64,000 nucleotides of DNA from Torpedo marmorata (Eukaryota), in contig OZ360220.1 of NCBI GenBank assembly GCA_977017645.1, positions 120,714,001-120,778,000 of the forward strand, written 5' to 3'. Within the stretch, counting starts at the first letter, position 1, and every line of letters starts with the position of its first letter. Of this stretch, positions 1 through 13,796 are shown piece by piece. A program made the position numbers and the translations under genes. Under the pieces are notes generated by a model. The model was given only the letters and a program-made list of their open reading frames with translations. It searched no databases and was not told where the DNA came from.

Positions 1-139
1 TTAGTGGAATCTGTAATGAGAGGTAGTTGATGGTTGGAATGGATGCGATAGGCAGAAGGACCTGTTTCTCTGCTATGTGTCAAGGAGGAACAGAAGACTC
101 CTCTTAGGAACTGGTGAATAAAGAATTGAAAGAAAAAAA

Positions 140-1010
140 AATGCTGGAGAAACTCAGCAGGTGAAACAGTGTACTTTATATTAGCAAAGATAAAGATACA
201 TAACCAACGTTTCAGGCTTTGAGCCCTTTATCAAGTTATGAGTAAAATGTAGGCAGGTGCCTGAATAAAATGGTGGGGGAAGGGGAAGGAGCACAGGTCC
301 ACAGGAAGGAGGTAATAGGTAGATAAGGAAGGGAGGGCACAACAGCAAACAGGGGGAGGGGGGATGGCTCTGTGAATGGATAGGGAAGGGGGTGGAGAGC
401 TGGAGGAAAGGAGACAGGGATGGGGAAGAGAGGGAGAACGTGGAGTAGGCTAGCAGAAACTGGAGAAGTCGATGTTAATGCCATCCAGTTGGAGAGTGCC
501 CAGACAGAATATTAGGTGTTGCTCCTCCAATTTATGGGTTGCACTGGTTTGTCAGTGCTTGAGGCCATGGACAGACAAGTCAGCAAGGGAACAGGGCGCA
601 GAATTGAAATGGTTGGCCACTGGAGATCCCTGTCATTGATGCGGACAGAGCGAAGATGCTCAGTGAAGCGATCTCCCAGTCTGCATCCAGTCTCTCTGAT
701 GTAGAGAAGGCCACAATGGGAGTACTGGATGCAGTAAATGACTCCCGCAGATTCACAAGTGAAGTGTTGCTTCACTTGAAAGGACTGTTTGGGGCCCCGA
801 GGGAGGAGGTGTGGGCGCATGTGTGGCACTTCCTGCAGCCGCAGGGGAATGTGCCAACAAGGCGATTAGTGGGAAGGGATGAGTGGACGAGCGAATCACG
901 GAGGGAGTGGTCCCTTCGGAAGGCAGAGAGGGGAGGACAGGGGAAGATGTGTCTGGTGGTGGGATCATGTTGTAGGTGACGGACGTTGTGGAGGATTGAG
1001 TTGGCTAAAG
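140..1010 (-). mobile_element. 5'-truncated Penelope-like retroelement: GIY-YIG endonuclease remnant plus 3' region with hammerhead motif
   Basis: Frameshifted ORFs 772..1017 and 512..829 give FPCGCRKCHTC...FTCESAGVIYCIQYSHCGLLYIRETGCRLGDRFTEH (GIY-YIG type); hammerhead-like motif at ~199-240 on the same strand; boundaries approximate. Confidence 0.85.
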
Positions 1011-1096
1011 GATACAAATTTCAGGAGAGTCATAATGGCTTGAGAGACATCCTCTGGAAGTAAACTGGAAAGGAGTGTGGCAAACAGGAAAGTAGT

Positions 1097-1292
1097 GAAG
1101 CATGAAAGTCTGCAGACACTGTGATTGAAGTAAAAACACAAGAATGCTGGAGGAACTCAGCAGGTCTCGCACCGGCGTCCATTGGAGGTAAAAGTACCTT
1201 GAAGAAGGGCCCAGGCCCGAACGGTTATATATCTTTACCTCCTATGGATGTTGTGAGGCCTGCTGAGTTCCTCCAGCACTTTGTGTTTTTAC
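1097..1292. mobile_element. Fold-back pair of Penelope-like 3'-end fragments
   Basis: aaaaacacaagaatgctggaggaactcagcagg... is the reverse complement of ...cctgctgagttcctccagcactttgtgttttt; degenerate hammerhead core TTGAAGA in between. Confidence 0.75.
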
Positions 1293-1805
1293 AAACAAGA
1301 AACTATGTCAGAGGAGAAAAGATGGATGCAAGGCTAAAGGTTATTCCTTCAGATCCTGTTTCCTCACTAAAGGTTAATTGATGTTTTACTGATCTAAAAA
1401 TTCTCACATCTGTGAGCTCTATCCTTGTGCAATTCCTTCCACCTTTGAAGAACAGAATGAAGGATTAATTTGGAAAGATGGGTGTTGATTTGGAATAACT
1501 GATGCATCAAATTACATTGAGAAGCTTGAAGGCATGGGTGAGGCAATGATTTATTTTTAACTTTAATATCAGAGGACAATCAATGTTATTGTTTAAGTTG
1601 CATGGCCATAGATCAAATGTCAAGTTAAGATGTCTGGCTGAAATGCATATAACAAAGTTGGAAAGTACCGGCATTGTTAGTGGATCAACAGTTGTGTTGT
1701 TTACCACTGACTTAATTTGGACAGTTGTCTGTCAAGCTTGACTTTGTGGCTGAGATGAAATTATTTGAGGATATTAATCTGTAAAAGATCTCCATGGGAA
1801 AAAAG

Positions 1806-2030
1806 TGGCATGGTTAGTGTAGTGGTTAGCGCAACACTAATAACAGCCCAAGCGACTTGGGTTTGAATCTGGCGCTGTCTGTAAGGAGTTTTTGCGTAGG
1901 TTTCCTCCAGGCGCTCTGGTTTCCTCCCACCCTCCAAAATCGTATGGGGTTTGTAGGTGAATTGGAGTATTTGGGTGGCACGGGATTGTGGGCTGGAAGG
2001 GCCTGTTACCATGCTGAATGTCCAAATATG
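1806..2030 (+). mobile_element. tRNA-derived SINE
   Basis: A/B-box-like head (tagtgtagtggttagcgc...gggtttgaatc) followed by ctgtctgtaaggagttt body; related copies at ~46765-46950(-), ~57466-57635(+), ~57826-58235(-). Confidence 0.7.
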
Positions 2031-2464
2031 TATGTAAAATTTACATTTTTTTAAAAATTAAATTTATATCTGGAATTCATATCTTGAAGACCATAAAATA
2101 AATGGCAAAGAGGTTGAGATGTTGGCTAAAGAATTGTATGTTTTGGTTCAAAGTCAGTTTGCTATTTTCACATGTGAATGAAGGTGAAATAATTGCAGAT
2201 ATGATCTGTTATTCCAAGTAGTTGAAATTGTTTATAAACTTTATTCCCCTTTTAACTGGAGTTTTGTGCTCTGTTTTGATTCCAAATATAGAAAAGGTGG
2301 AACTTTATTGGAGGAACACTGCACAAAAACTGAGAAAAAATGAACAGATATTGTCCATCCTGCAAAGCAGTGGTGTAATCATTTAATTGGCAATAGAACA
2401 TGGAAATTCAGGAGATTTCTTCTGTCAACCAATGGACTTGAGGAATGGAATTTAAATGTCATGG

Positions 2465-2844
2465 TGTAGCCGAATGCTACGAAGAAACACACACACGCAG
2501 TGTGGAAGGTTAAGCTGTCTGCTTTATTGAGGCTGGAAATGCTTATTTTATACAATTGGAGTTCCCGCCATTTGGTTGATTGGTTGACATCAGCCGCATG
2601 AATAACAATATCGGGCAGGAACGTTCTTGCATATGAATACCCTTCTTCCCCAGCCTGGTATTGATTTGTTAGCTGGGCAGCTTGGCCAGCGCCATTTTAG
2701 GGCTGCTGGTCTTGTACTGCTCCAACTTTCAACCGCACTGGTTCGCTATGCTAAGGGGCGCGTTACAGTGTGTTATGCCGCTGTTTACTACCACGCGCGT
2801 CGCGCGATGTGCCGGCTCGATCTCCGCGGTGGCTGGCCACCACA
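2465..2844 (-). repeat. 3' LTR (380 bp) of CsRn1-like element 1
   Basis: Direct repeat of 6583-7075 once the 113-bp insertion+TSD is removed (493-113=380). Confidence 0.95.
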
Positions 2845-5800
2845 TGACCCCCCCCCAGAACCGGCACTACAGTTCATAGTGTCTGTGGATGTAGTCCCCA
2901 ATGTCTTTGGTGGTCTGCCTCTGCGCCGAGGTGCTGGCTTCTCCATGGGTTGTATCGGGTCCATGTGTGCCGGCTTGAGCTTGTCTGCGGTGAAGACCTC
3001 TGGTTTGCCACCGATGTCCAGTTCGAAGGTGGCCCCGTTGTTCTGGATGACTCGGAAGGGGTCTTCGTAGGGCTTCTGTAGCGGTGGATGGTGTGGCCCT
3101 CTGCGTACGAACACATACTCACAGTCTTGGGGTTCTTTAGGGATGTTGAACTTGGCTTGCCCGTGTCTGCAGGGTGGGATCGGAGCCAGGTTACCCACCT
3201 TTTCCCGCAGCCTGTCCAGGAAGGTGGTTGTATCCTCCTGTTGACCTCTGGCCGGTGGGACGAAATCCCCGGGGACCATGAGTGGAGCTCCGTAGACGAG
3301 CTCGGCGGAGGATGTGTGGAGGTCTTCCTTCAGGGCTGTATGAATCTCCAGCAGTGCCCATGGTAGTTTGTCAACCCAGTTGGGGCCCTTGAGTCTGGTC
3401 ATAAGGGCGGCCTTGAGGTGCCTGTGGAAGCGCTCAACCAGCCCGTTAGACTGCGGGTGGTATGCTGTCGTGTGGTGTAGCTGGGCGTCCCACAGGTTGG
3501 CAATGTCGGTCCACAGGCTGGAGGTAAATTGTGCGCCTCTGTCGGAGGTTATGTGGTGTGGTAGCCCGAAACTTGCTACCCAGGACGAGACGAGTGCCTT
3601 GGCGCTGGACCTGGTGGATGTGTCCGCCAGGGGGATTGCTTCTGGCCACCGGGTGAAATGGTCGACCACCGTGAACAGGTAGCGGAAACCCTGTGAGACT
3701 GGTAAGGGTCCCACTATGTCCATGTGAATGTGGTCAAACCTTCGCTCCGTTGGCTCGAAAGGCTGCGGGGGGACCTTGATGTGCCGCTGTACCTTGGCTG
3801 CTTGGCACTGTGTGCATGTCTTGGCTCACCCGCTGACTTGTTTCCGCAATCCATGCCACGCGTACTTCCTGGCCACCAACCGGACCGTGGTCCTGATTGA
3901 TGGATGTGCCAGCCCGTGGATGGAGTCGAAAACTCGTCGCCTCCATGCCGTTGGGACGATAGGTCGAACCTGCCCGGTGGCCACGTCGCACAGAAGGGTA
4001 GTGTTACCTGTGCCGACTGGGATGTCCTGAAGCTACAGCCCTGTGACAGCGGTCCTGTACTGAGGCATCTCGTCGTCCTGATGCTGTGCCTCCGCCAGTG
4101 CCACAAAATCCAGTCCGTTAGCCAGAGAGTGGATGCTCTGTCTCGACAAGGTGTCCGCGACCATGTTGTCTTTTCCTGTGATGTGTCTTACGTCGGTGGT
4201 GTACTCCGAGATGTTAGTCAAGTGTCTCTGCTGGCGGGCTGACCAGGGATCGGAGATCTTGGCCAGGGCGAACGACAGTGGCTTGTGGTCCGTGAAAGCT
4301 CTTCCCTCTTCGAAGTACCGGAAGTAGCGGATGGCTAAGTACAGCGCCAGTAGCTCTCTGTCGAAAGCGCTGTACTTTAGCTCAGGGGGCCACAGATGTT
4401 TGCTGAAGAAAGCTAGTGGACACCAACTTCCTTCTATCTGCTGCTCCAGAACTCTACCAATCGCCGTTCCTGAGGCATCGACCGTGAGGGCTGTGGGTGC
4501 GTCTGACCTGGGGTGGGCCAGGAGTGCGGCATTAGCCAGGGCTTCCTTCGTTTCCATGAACACTCGTGCGGAGTCATCGTCCCAGGTCAAGTCCTTCGGG
4601 CGCATGGTTCGAGCAGCTGCGTGGATGAATCTGCGATAAAAGTTGACCATCCCCACGAACCCCTGCAGTCCTTTGGTCGTACTGGGCCTCAGGAAGTTGC
4701 GGATAGCCTCCACCTTGCTGGGTAGTGGCGTGGCACCTCATTTGGTAATCCTGTGGCCCAGGAAGTCAATCGTGCTCAGCTCGAACTGGCAGTTAGCCAG
4801 GTTGATAGTAAGGCCGAAATTACGTAGGCGACTGTAGAGGCTTCGGAGTTGTTGTAGATGTTCCTGCCGGGTTCTGCTCGCCACCAGGATATTGTCTAAG
4901 TAGACGAAGGTGCCGTCCAGGTCTCGGCCCACCGCGTCCATCAGTTACTGGAAGGTCTGTGCCACGTTCTTGAGCCTGAATGGCATCCTCAGGAACTCGA
5001 ACAGCCCGAATGGAGTGATGATGGCCGTCTTGGGGATGTCATCAGGTTGCACCGCGATTTGGTGGTACCCTCACACCAAGTCCACTTTGGAGAAGATTGT
5101 CGCTCCGTGCAGGTTTGCCGCAAAGTCCTGGATATGCGGCACGGGGTAGCGATCTGGAGTGGTGGCCTCGTTAAGCTGGTGGTAGTCGCTGCACAGTCTC
5201 CAGCCCCCAGATGCTTTGGACACCATGTGCAGGGGAGAAGCCCATGGACTGTCCGACCGCCGAACGATGCCTAACTCCTCCTCCTTGACCAGTTGAAGCT
5301 TCTCCGGGGTAAGTCGTCTCGCCCTTGCGTGGAGAGGTGGACCCTTGGTAAGTATGTGATGCCTGATGCCGTGTCGGAGCACCTCCACGATGAACTGAGG
5401 GGAAAGGATTGCCGGGAACTCAGCCAGCACTTTGGAAAACTCATCGTCCAAGCTGTGGATGGAGTCCAGGTGCAGTGCCGGGAGCACGGCGCCCCTCAGT
5501 GCGATGGTTTGGAAAGTTTCCGCGTGCACGACTCTTGCTCTTGAGGTCCACTAGGAGGCTGTGGGCCTGCAGGAAGTCCGCTCCGAGGAGTGGCTGTTCC
5601 ATTGCTGCCAGCGTGAACTCCCACAAGAAGTGACTGCCTCTGAACTGCAGCTCGGCCCTACGCTTGCCATAGGTCCGTATACTGCTGTTGTTGGCAGCCC
5701 TCAACGTGGGGCCCGCTTGCCTGCATCTAGTGTCCAAACCTGTCGGAGCATCACGCTGACCTCCGCTCCTGTATCTACCAAGAATCGTCAACCGGAAAGG

Positions 5801-6541
5801 CGATCCCATACATACAGGAGGCTCCCTTGATGGCCAGCCGCCGTGGCCATCAGCGACGACTGGCCTTGTCGTTTCCTTGGAACTCGCAAGGTGACTGGCA
5901 TCGACAGGCCTCAGAGCCCCATCTTTGGTGGTAGAAGCACCATCTCTCCTTGGACTCGTCCCTGCCTCTTGTCTGCTGCTCCTTTCCAGGGCCTACCTTG
6001 GTCTGGTTGCGAGACTTTGTGACGAGCCTCACGGTAGCCGAGCATTCTGTTTCTGCTTCTACAGAATATCTGCCTGTGCTGCGACTTTCCGGTGGTTGCT
6101 GAAATCCGCGTCAGCCAGGAGCAGATGGATGTCCTCGGGCAGCTGCTCCAAGAACGCCTGCTCGAACATGACGCTGGGCTCGTGGTCTCCCAGGAGGGCT
6201 AGCATCTCGTTCATGAGCGCTGACGGGGATTTGTCCCCTAGCCCATCCAGTTGGAGCAGCCATGCCCCTCTCTCTCGCCGCGAGAGCCCGTAGGTCTCAG
6301 TCAATAGCTCTTTGAAGGCAGTGTAAGTGCCTTCCGATGGTGGCCTCTGGATGAAGTTGGCCACCCTGTCTGCAGTCTCTGGATCCAGGGCGCTGACCAC
6401 ATGGTAGTACCGTGTGGTCTCAGCTGTGATGCCCCGAAGCTGGAACTGAGCCTCAGCCTGGTCGAACCACAGGCCGGGTCGAACTGTCCAGAAGGTCGGG
6501 AGCTTGAGGCCGACTGCGCTGATCGCTGCTTCGCTATCCAT
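2788..6541 (-). pseudogene. Disrupted gag and pol of CsRn1-like element 1
   Basis: ORF pieces 6059..6541 (gag LKLPTFW), 5071..5529 (SPWASPLHMV), 4738..4941 (YLDNILV), 4033..4713 (RNase H, VDASG), 2788..3723 (integrase core, DIVGPLP/SDRG/NGLVERFH). Confidence 0.92.
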
Positions 6542-6582
6542 CGCTGGGTTTAGATGCCGTCTAAACCATCAGGGTCACCAAT

Positions 6583-7075
6583 TGTAGCCGACTGCTACGA
6601 AGAAGCACACACACGCAGTGTGGAAGGTTAAGCTCTCTGCTTTATTGAGGCTGGAAATGCTTCTTTTATACAGTTGGAATTCCCGCCGTTTGGTTGATTG
6701 GTTGACATCAGCCGCATGAATACTTTGATGAAGGGCTCAAGCCTGAAACGTCGGTTATGTATTTCTACCTTTGCTACATAAAAGACACTGTTTGACCTGC
6801 TGAGTTCTCCAGCTTTTGTGTTTTTTGCATGAATAACATTAGCAGGCGGGAACGTTCTTGCATATGAACACCCTTCTTCCCCAGCCTGGTATTGATCTAT
6901 TAGCTGGGCAGCTTGGCCAGGGCCATTTTAGGGCTGCTGGTCTTGTACTGCTCCAGCTTTCAACTGCACCGGTTCGCTATGCTAAGGGTCGCGTTACAGC
7001 GTGTTATGCCGCTGTTTACTACCGCGCACGCCGCGCGATGTGCCGGCTCGATCTCCGCGATGGCGGGCCGCCACA
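6583..7075 (-). repeat. 5' LTR of CsRn1-like element 1, with nested insertion
   Basis: Direct repeat of 2465-2844; adjacent to the PBS. Confidence 0.95.
6723..6826 (+). mobile_element. 104-bp hammerhead-bearing Penelope-derived insertion in the LTR
   Basis: Absent from the partner LTR; 9-bp TSD GCATGAATA (6714-6722, 6827-6835). Confidence 0.9.
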
Positions 7076-10000
7076 ATGGAGTCAATTGATGATGGGAAAC
7101 AGGAACCATTTTTTTATGTTTGGAAAGATAGAATATGGAAGAGAACAGTACATTTTTTTAGAAATATCATGGATAAGTCACGAACAGAAAAAGGTGTATC
7201 TTCCAAAATGTTCCAAAATGACATATCGTGTTTTTCAAGAGTCTGTTGGATGATGTGATAATCTTCTGGTAAGAATATTAGTATGTTTCTGCAGTGATAA
7301 AACTCCTTCTTTAGTATTCGCGGTCTTTTTGCTAGTATGCTTCTGGGTTGCAGTGAACGCAATGCAGTGTGCATTCAGCTCTGAGCGCTATGTAAACGTG
7401 CACACTGCTCCAATGGGCCACAGCTGTGTTCCACTCTGTAATTCAAGGGGTATTTAGAAACAACCTGTCTAAGCAAAAACTCTGAATTACTTCTGGGAAT
7501 CTTTCAGAATAAGTCGGTGTTTATCTATGAAAAATATTTAAGGCAAGTATTTGTGGCTTTTTTTTTTGAAGATCGAGAATCCACGCCAACTAATTTTGAA
7601 TATTCACTGTAACTAAAGCAAGGTTTTGGAAAAGTACAATCAAAATTTTCATTTCACTTTTCACACTGCCAAAGCAATTGACCACAATCCATGAACAGTT
7701 GAAATTGGCACAGTTGCATGAATAATGTCTCATCTCTGGTTTCCAAAGCACCTCAAAATTGAATCTTATTACAGACCATGTTACTCAGAGCTCCATGTCT
7801 AAAACAAACAGTCTTGTGTCAACAGGAAGATAATAGCCATTGCCCATTTATGCTGTCACTTTTATAGATCCTAATTCTAGCATCTTAATGGGCAACACGA
7901 ATGGATCAGAAACAACAAGATTTTTTCACTTGTTAGTGCATTGTTAAGGTGCATTGCAAATGAGACCAAATACAACATCTTCCTTATTAATGGCATAATA
8001 TTGTAGATTCTGGAATTTGGAACTTAGAACTGAATGTTCAAGAAATAGTCAAAGGTCAGACAGCATCCGTGGAGAAAGAAGCAGATTTAACAAGTCAGGT
8101 GGCTTAGCCTTGATCTGCTGCCTGGTGTTACTACCGTCCACATGCACAAATATTACCCAGGGATATTAGGTCTAAAGCAGAGCCCTTTCATTGTGGTTCT
8201 CTACATCTAAGGTCCAACAGCGGCTTTGGCACGGAGTGGCGTGGTGCAGAAACTGATCCCACAGAGTGTGGCCCTCAGAGAGTCTCTGATGGACATTGAC
8301 CAAAGGCCAAGTGAACAGCAAAACTTCCTTTCACCAAAGCTAGAAATTAATTGACAAGCTTTTAAATATCTGATGGTGAGATATTTTTAAAGTCTGTAGT
8401 ACAATGGAGGAAAATATTTCAAATAACGATAAACAAAAAAAATTATAGAAACGTTTTAAAGTAACACAAAATAACGCACCTTCCCTTTTACTTCTGAATT
8501 CACTCATCCAGAATTCCATTTGAATTAATGGGATTTTGGACCCTGCTGAACCCTGGGTTTGTTTGTGACAGAACAATTTGATGGCCCAATGTTTCAGGTC
8601 AATGACCTATGATCAATATCACTTGCTGTTCCCCTTTAACAAATGAACCTTACTAATATCAAGTTAGAAAGCTTCCAGGGCAGTACCTGTGTTATTTGTA
8701 TGAGTGACGGACGTGTGATAAAACACACTTTTGTTTGGTTCAAAAGTGTCCGGGGTTGATTCAGCTGGCAGGTTTGCTTTTTCCTGTGCTCGGGGACTTG
8801 TTGACATGCTCTACATGGTACCAGCTTACTTTTGAATGCCAAGTCTTCCTCCCTGCTCCTCCTGTGTTGCGATAAGTGCGGCCAGGGTGAGGATGGCTTT
8901 GTGCAGCTCATGGTCCTTGGTCAAGTCTGGGATCCGACAGTAAGGATGTTTGTTCAGGGAGCTGTGGATGCTGATGAGCGATGACAACATTCTTGTTATA
9001 GAGCGCTGCCACGTTATACTGGCCATGCGTTCATGTGAACGCACCTGCTTTAAGTAGTGGGGATTATACAAGTGTGTTCAGAGAAAGGACAATTTGCACT
9101 TTTATATTCCAGTGACATCCTGCAGCATTTTTCATGTGCAATTATCTACAGTGAAACCCCCAGTATCTGGCTCCTATGGGGATTGGTAGAAACTGGATAA
9201 GTGAATTTTCCGTTTGCTTGAGATTGTGTGTTGCATAATTGGTAAATTAACTATTAAGGGGTGTTAATTTTAAACTTTCATATTTTTTACCTATTTATTT
9301 TCTGTGATTTTTTTTGCCGGTTCCTCTAATTAGGCAGAAAAAGATAGAAAGATTGTTTTTGAAAATGACAAGAGTTTGAAGGTTGGTGGTGTTCAGAGAT
9401 ATTTGGGTGTCCTTGATTATGAATGACTGAAAGTTAAGATAGAGGTATGGAGCAATGAGGAAGAAAATTAGTATGTTCGCCATCATTTGAATTCAATAGG
9501 AGAGACATTTTTCTCCATCTGCTTCAATGAAACTGTATCTGGAATATCATCTGGTGTCTGGCCACCCCTCCAAAGGCAGGACATCCTTGCAATGGAGAGC
9601 GTGGAGCAAAGGGTCACAGGGCTTGACAGGGTAAATGCAGGAAAGGTAGTTCACTTGGTTGGGGTTTCAAGAGCCAGAGATCTCGAGTCACAAAATAAAG
9701 AGTTGGCCAATCAGGACATAAATGCAAAGAGATGCCTTGACCTGGTGGGTTGTAAATATTGAGAATTTTCTGTCATAACTCAGCTGTCTAATACTGGGAT
9801 CAGTGGGTTTCAGGGGAATGTTAAGAGATGATAGGGTTAGTGAAGGAGAGCAGTACTGAAAACAGCCATGATCGTATTAAGTGACACAAATAGTGTAAGG
9901 AGCTATTTGGCCTACTCCCGCTTTTATTCACAAAGCAATTTGATGCACACTTCAGATTCTGTGCAGTTGAATTCATTATGTTTCTAGCCTGAAGTAACCC

Positions 10001-10786
10001 TCATTTCATTTTCCCAAAATTCATTCTGGATTGAAATGATTCAAATTGTTAAACGCAGAAAGGAGAATTATCAAAGTAAATAAAAGATACAAGAGGAACA
10101 ATAAGAGCTGCATACAGTACATTCAAAGGTCAGGCAGCAAGATGTAGTCAAGTCTGCTGAACGCTTTCAGGATGTGCTTTTAATTTCAGGTTTTTACCAT
10201 CCATGTTTTGATGTTGTACAGGTACGGTAATTAAATAGCTCTATCGCGGAATGTATCAAGTTGAGATGGCGCAGAGACTTGGCTGAGGTGCTTCCTATAT
10301 CATAACCGGCTTATTCTGGGGTAGGATTGCAAAGCATTAATTGATCAGGCATTCACTGAGAGCAGGAAAGATCAGAAAAAGGAATCGTCTCTGGCCCCTA
10401 TCGATCCTTTTTCCACAGGAAAGAATCTTTGCAGATCTTTCTGACTAATTTAATTGAGGTTTCTTCAAAGTTGCTGAATACATGTTGAAAGCAGATTCCT
10501 TGTTTTATTCTGGTTTCAAATAAGGGATTAATTTCCAAACACCTATTCCACAAGCAGTAGACCCTTCCACAATTTATCTTTTGTACTTTTCACTGAGAGT
10601 ATGGATAGTTTCCCAAGGTTCATTTGTACCAGTGAAACACTGTGAGACACTGTGATTGAAGTAAAAACACAGAAGTGCTGGAGGAACTCATCAGGTCTCG
10701 CAGCATCCATAGGAGGTAAAGATATATAATCATCCTTTTGGGCCTGAGCCCTTCTTCAAGGATCATGAAATCTTCTGAAATCAATG

Positions 10787-11620
10787 AATGGCGGCGCTGC
10801 CGCTGGTGCGGACCCGCGGGGAGTGTGGGAGCGGAGATTCAGCGCTCCCGCGGGGTCCAGCCGCCCAGTCGACTGCCGTCGGTTCTGCACGGGCTTTGAA
10901 CGGCCTGTTAAAGGAGCCGACGGTGGTTTTATTTAAGATCCCGCGACCGCGGGGTCTGCGCCCAAGATGGCAGCGCCTTTTAATCGGCAGCAGCCACGAG
11001 GGGCTGCAGACTCCGGGGAAGCGGAGGACTGGAGCAGGGCACCAGAGGACGGGAAGATCACCCCCGTCTGAGAAGGAGAAGCGGAGGAGACGACCCACGG
11101 GACGGTGACCAGGGCGGCAGACCGGTGAGGGGATCTGAGGCTGAAGGACCAGTGCATGCGGCGGGCTGCTGGCGACTCGAGGCGAGGAACCCGCGGAGGC
11201 TGTGGGCTGCTGGAGACTGCTGTCGGGGGACTCACGCCGGGCTGCGGACTGCTGGAGGCTGGCTCGAACTGGCTGGAGGACTACCAGGTATCGGAACCGG
11301 GATGCAAGGGGGTGCCGAGGGTGACCTGACCGTGTTGGAGGTTCAGATCTGGAGCTCGGGATGCCGATGGTTTGGACTGGACTCTGTGTGGCTGCGGAGG
11401 CTGCGGAAGCGCTGGAGGCGAAACTATGGACACTTGGTGACTCTGGAGGGACTCTCTTTTGCTTCTCTTTCTCTGACTGTAAGGAATGTTAGAGGCGCTT
11501 AGGCAATTTCTGCCGGTGGTGAATCTGTCTGCCTTGCAGCAGGCAAAAAGAAATTTCATGGAATATGACACTGTTTTATTACTATGACAATAAATTGAAT
11601 CTTAAATCTTGAATCTTGAA
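10787..11620 (+). mobile_element. GC-rich non-autonomous retroposon, copy 1
   Basis: Colinear with 31274-32057(-) and 33238-34174(+); ends in acaataaa plus (gaatctt)n tail; inserted between inverted Penelope fragments (~10650-10762 and ~11621-11665). Confidence 0.75.
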
Positions 11621-12311
11621 TGCTGCGAGACCTGCTGAGTTCCTCCAGCACTTCTGTGCTTTTATTGGTACCATTCTCAGCTCTACCCAAGATAAACTGT
11701 CCCCCTCGCTTCATTGTAGCTGACATTGTATTGATGGTTGCTCAGCTGAGGCACTTGTGTGACGTACTTATGTCCAGACATGAACTGTTCTGCTGTCTTT
11801 GGAAAAAAGCAGAAAGTTTTCCAGGTGCCTTGAAGATCCTGTTCTGTATATTTCCAGAGCAAGAACAGGGTGAATGAAACTTATGACATTTGCGATATTA
11901 CAAAGAACATGGGAACATTGTGCTGAAATGATGCAAACCCCATCTTCTATGGTGTGCGTGTGGTGGATCTGGGTTGGTTGTGCATTGATACCTTGAGCTT
12001 TGCGCATTCCAGCCAGGCTGAATCATAGTGTAATGGAAACGTACTGCACAGAAACAGGCCCAGCTCATTAATGCCAGCCATGATGCGCATCTACATTAAT
12101 CCCATTTGCCTGCATTAGGCCTGTATCCCTCCACACCTTTCCAATCAAAGTACTGTCCAAATGACTTGTAAACATTGCAGGTGTAGCTGCCTCCACCACC
12201 TCTTCTGGCAACTTATTCCAAATACTCACCATCCCGTGTAGAAAATCATTCCACAGATCGCCTTTAAATTTCTCAACTGAAACCTAGGCACAGTATTTCT
12301 AAACTCATCTG

Positions 12312-12463
12312 NNNNNNNNNNNNNNNNNNNNNNNNNNNNNNNNNNNNNNNNNNNNNNNNNNNNNNNNNNNNNNNNNNNNNNNNNNNNNNNNNNNNNNNNN
12401 NNNNNNNNNNNNNNNNNNNNNNNNNNNNNNNNNNNNNNNNNNNNNNNNNNNNNNNNNNNNNNN
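12312..12463. other. Assembly gap (152 N)
   Basis: Run of n characters. Confidence 1.
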
Positions 12464-12559
12464 CTGTAAGTGATCTTACAAAAGTTTATAAAATTAAGGA
12501 GAGTATTTTAATTTTATATATATACACAGGTGTGTGTGTATATATATATATTAATATAT

Positions 12560-12850
12560 ATAAAATTAAAATACTCTCCTTAATTTTGTAAACTTTGGTA
12601 AGATCTCTCTTCAGCCTCCTATGTTAGCGAAAGAATAAATCCATCCTATCCAATCTCTCCTTCTGAATACAGCCCTCCATCCATTCCAGCAATATCCTAG
12701 CGAATCTCTTCTGCCGTCTGTCCATTTCCACCACAATCCTCCTGCAGTGCGATGACCAGAACGTTGCACGTTACTCCAACTGCAGTCTAACCAATGTTTT
12801 GTACAACTGCAGCACGATGTTCCAACTCAATGTCTTGGCTTGAAAGCAAG
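12560..12850 (-). mobile_element. CR1/L2-type LINE fragment, probably continuing left of the gap to ~12040
   Basis: Minus strand reads like the CR1 ORF2 C-terminus (...LYKTLVRLQLE*RATFWSSHCRRI...LKRDLTKVYKI); boundaries approximate. Confidence 0.6.
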
Positions 12851-13796
12851 CATATCAAATGCTTTTTTAAAACTTATATGCATTGCCACTTTCAGGATGC
12901 TGCTGGAAATGTAATTGGGATAAAAGCTTTTTATTCGTTTTACAAAACTATTTAATTTGTCAATGAGTTTGTTAATGTGCATGAGGAGTGGTCGGTGACC
13001 AGAGGCCTCTGTCGATGCCAGTTTTCCTCTAATCACATTGGAGCATTGTTCTTTGCCCCTCTCTGCTTTCTGGAGAGTGGGTCTGAAGGTCTGTTCAGCA
13101 CACTCCAGTTTTCCTCCCCATCCAAAAACCTGGTGTCACATCTCAAGTCCAGTGTTATTCTGCTGTTTACACATGACCCCATTCAGATAAAAGAGGACAG
13201 CAGGCAAAAATATAAACGCTGTCTTCACTGGGGTTGGTCCTCCTCCAAAGAATCTCCTGCTCTGTACCCGAGTTGAGCTTCGCCTGATTATATCTTGTGC
13301 ATCCAATCTTCTGCTGCGTGGGAATTCCAAAATATCTGTCAGTTTGTTGAAGAATAATTTTTAAGAGGTGAACATGGGTGGGGAAAGCATTTGTGTGTGG
13401 GAGCAGAGAGAGATCTAAGTCCAGAGCAGAAAAATTTATGGTGCTTCTGTTCTACATACAGTATTTATGAAATGTAATGGCCCACTTATCTCATGGGAGC
13501 CAGGTAAAATATTATGGGAGTTGGCTTGTTTTTCCCCTCTCTAAGTTGCTATAGATCTTTGTGATAACTTAAAGGCTCTTTGGGAACACACAGATTTGCC
13601 CTAATTATGCACCATCAATTTCTTACCTGTATCAATAAAATTTAATGAGGACATGTGGCCACACTGTGAAATATAGCTAATGGTGACTCGTTAATATCTT
13701 TTGTCTGTATGGGTCACAGGGCACAACGCACAAGAACACTGCAGTTCAAACATGGGCGAAAATAACTTTTATGAAGCAATTTTGAAGGATTCTAAC

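Larger units (their letters stand above)
2465..7075 (-). mobile_element. Full-length degenerate Ty3/Gypsy LTR retrotransposon, CsRn1-like
   Basis: Paired TG...CA LTRs; 4-bp TSD ATGG (2461-2464, 7076-7079); tRNA-Trp-like PBS TGGTGACCC (6580-6572); G-rich PPT at ~2848-2856; gag with CFYHQRWGSEACRCQSPC (CHCC); protease, RT (YLDN), RNase H and integrase broken by stops and frameshifts. Confidence 0.95.

Noticed and set aside
2627-7253. Duplicated plus-strand ORFs 2627..3070 and 6858..7253 as paralogous genes
   Set aside because: They are antisense reads through the two LTRs of one retrotransposon.
8636-9071. Minus-strand ORFs (YCRIPD; PCRACQQVPEH) as the last PAPPA exon
   Set aside because: No C-x-C-R-D-P pattern in a frame joined to a phase-0 acceptor; the similarity is at chance level.
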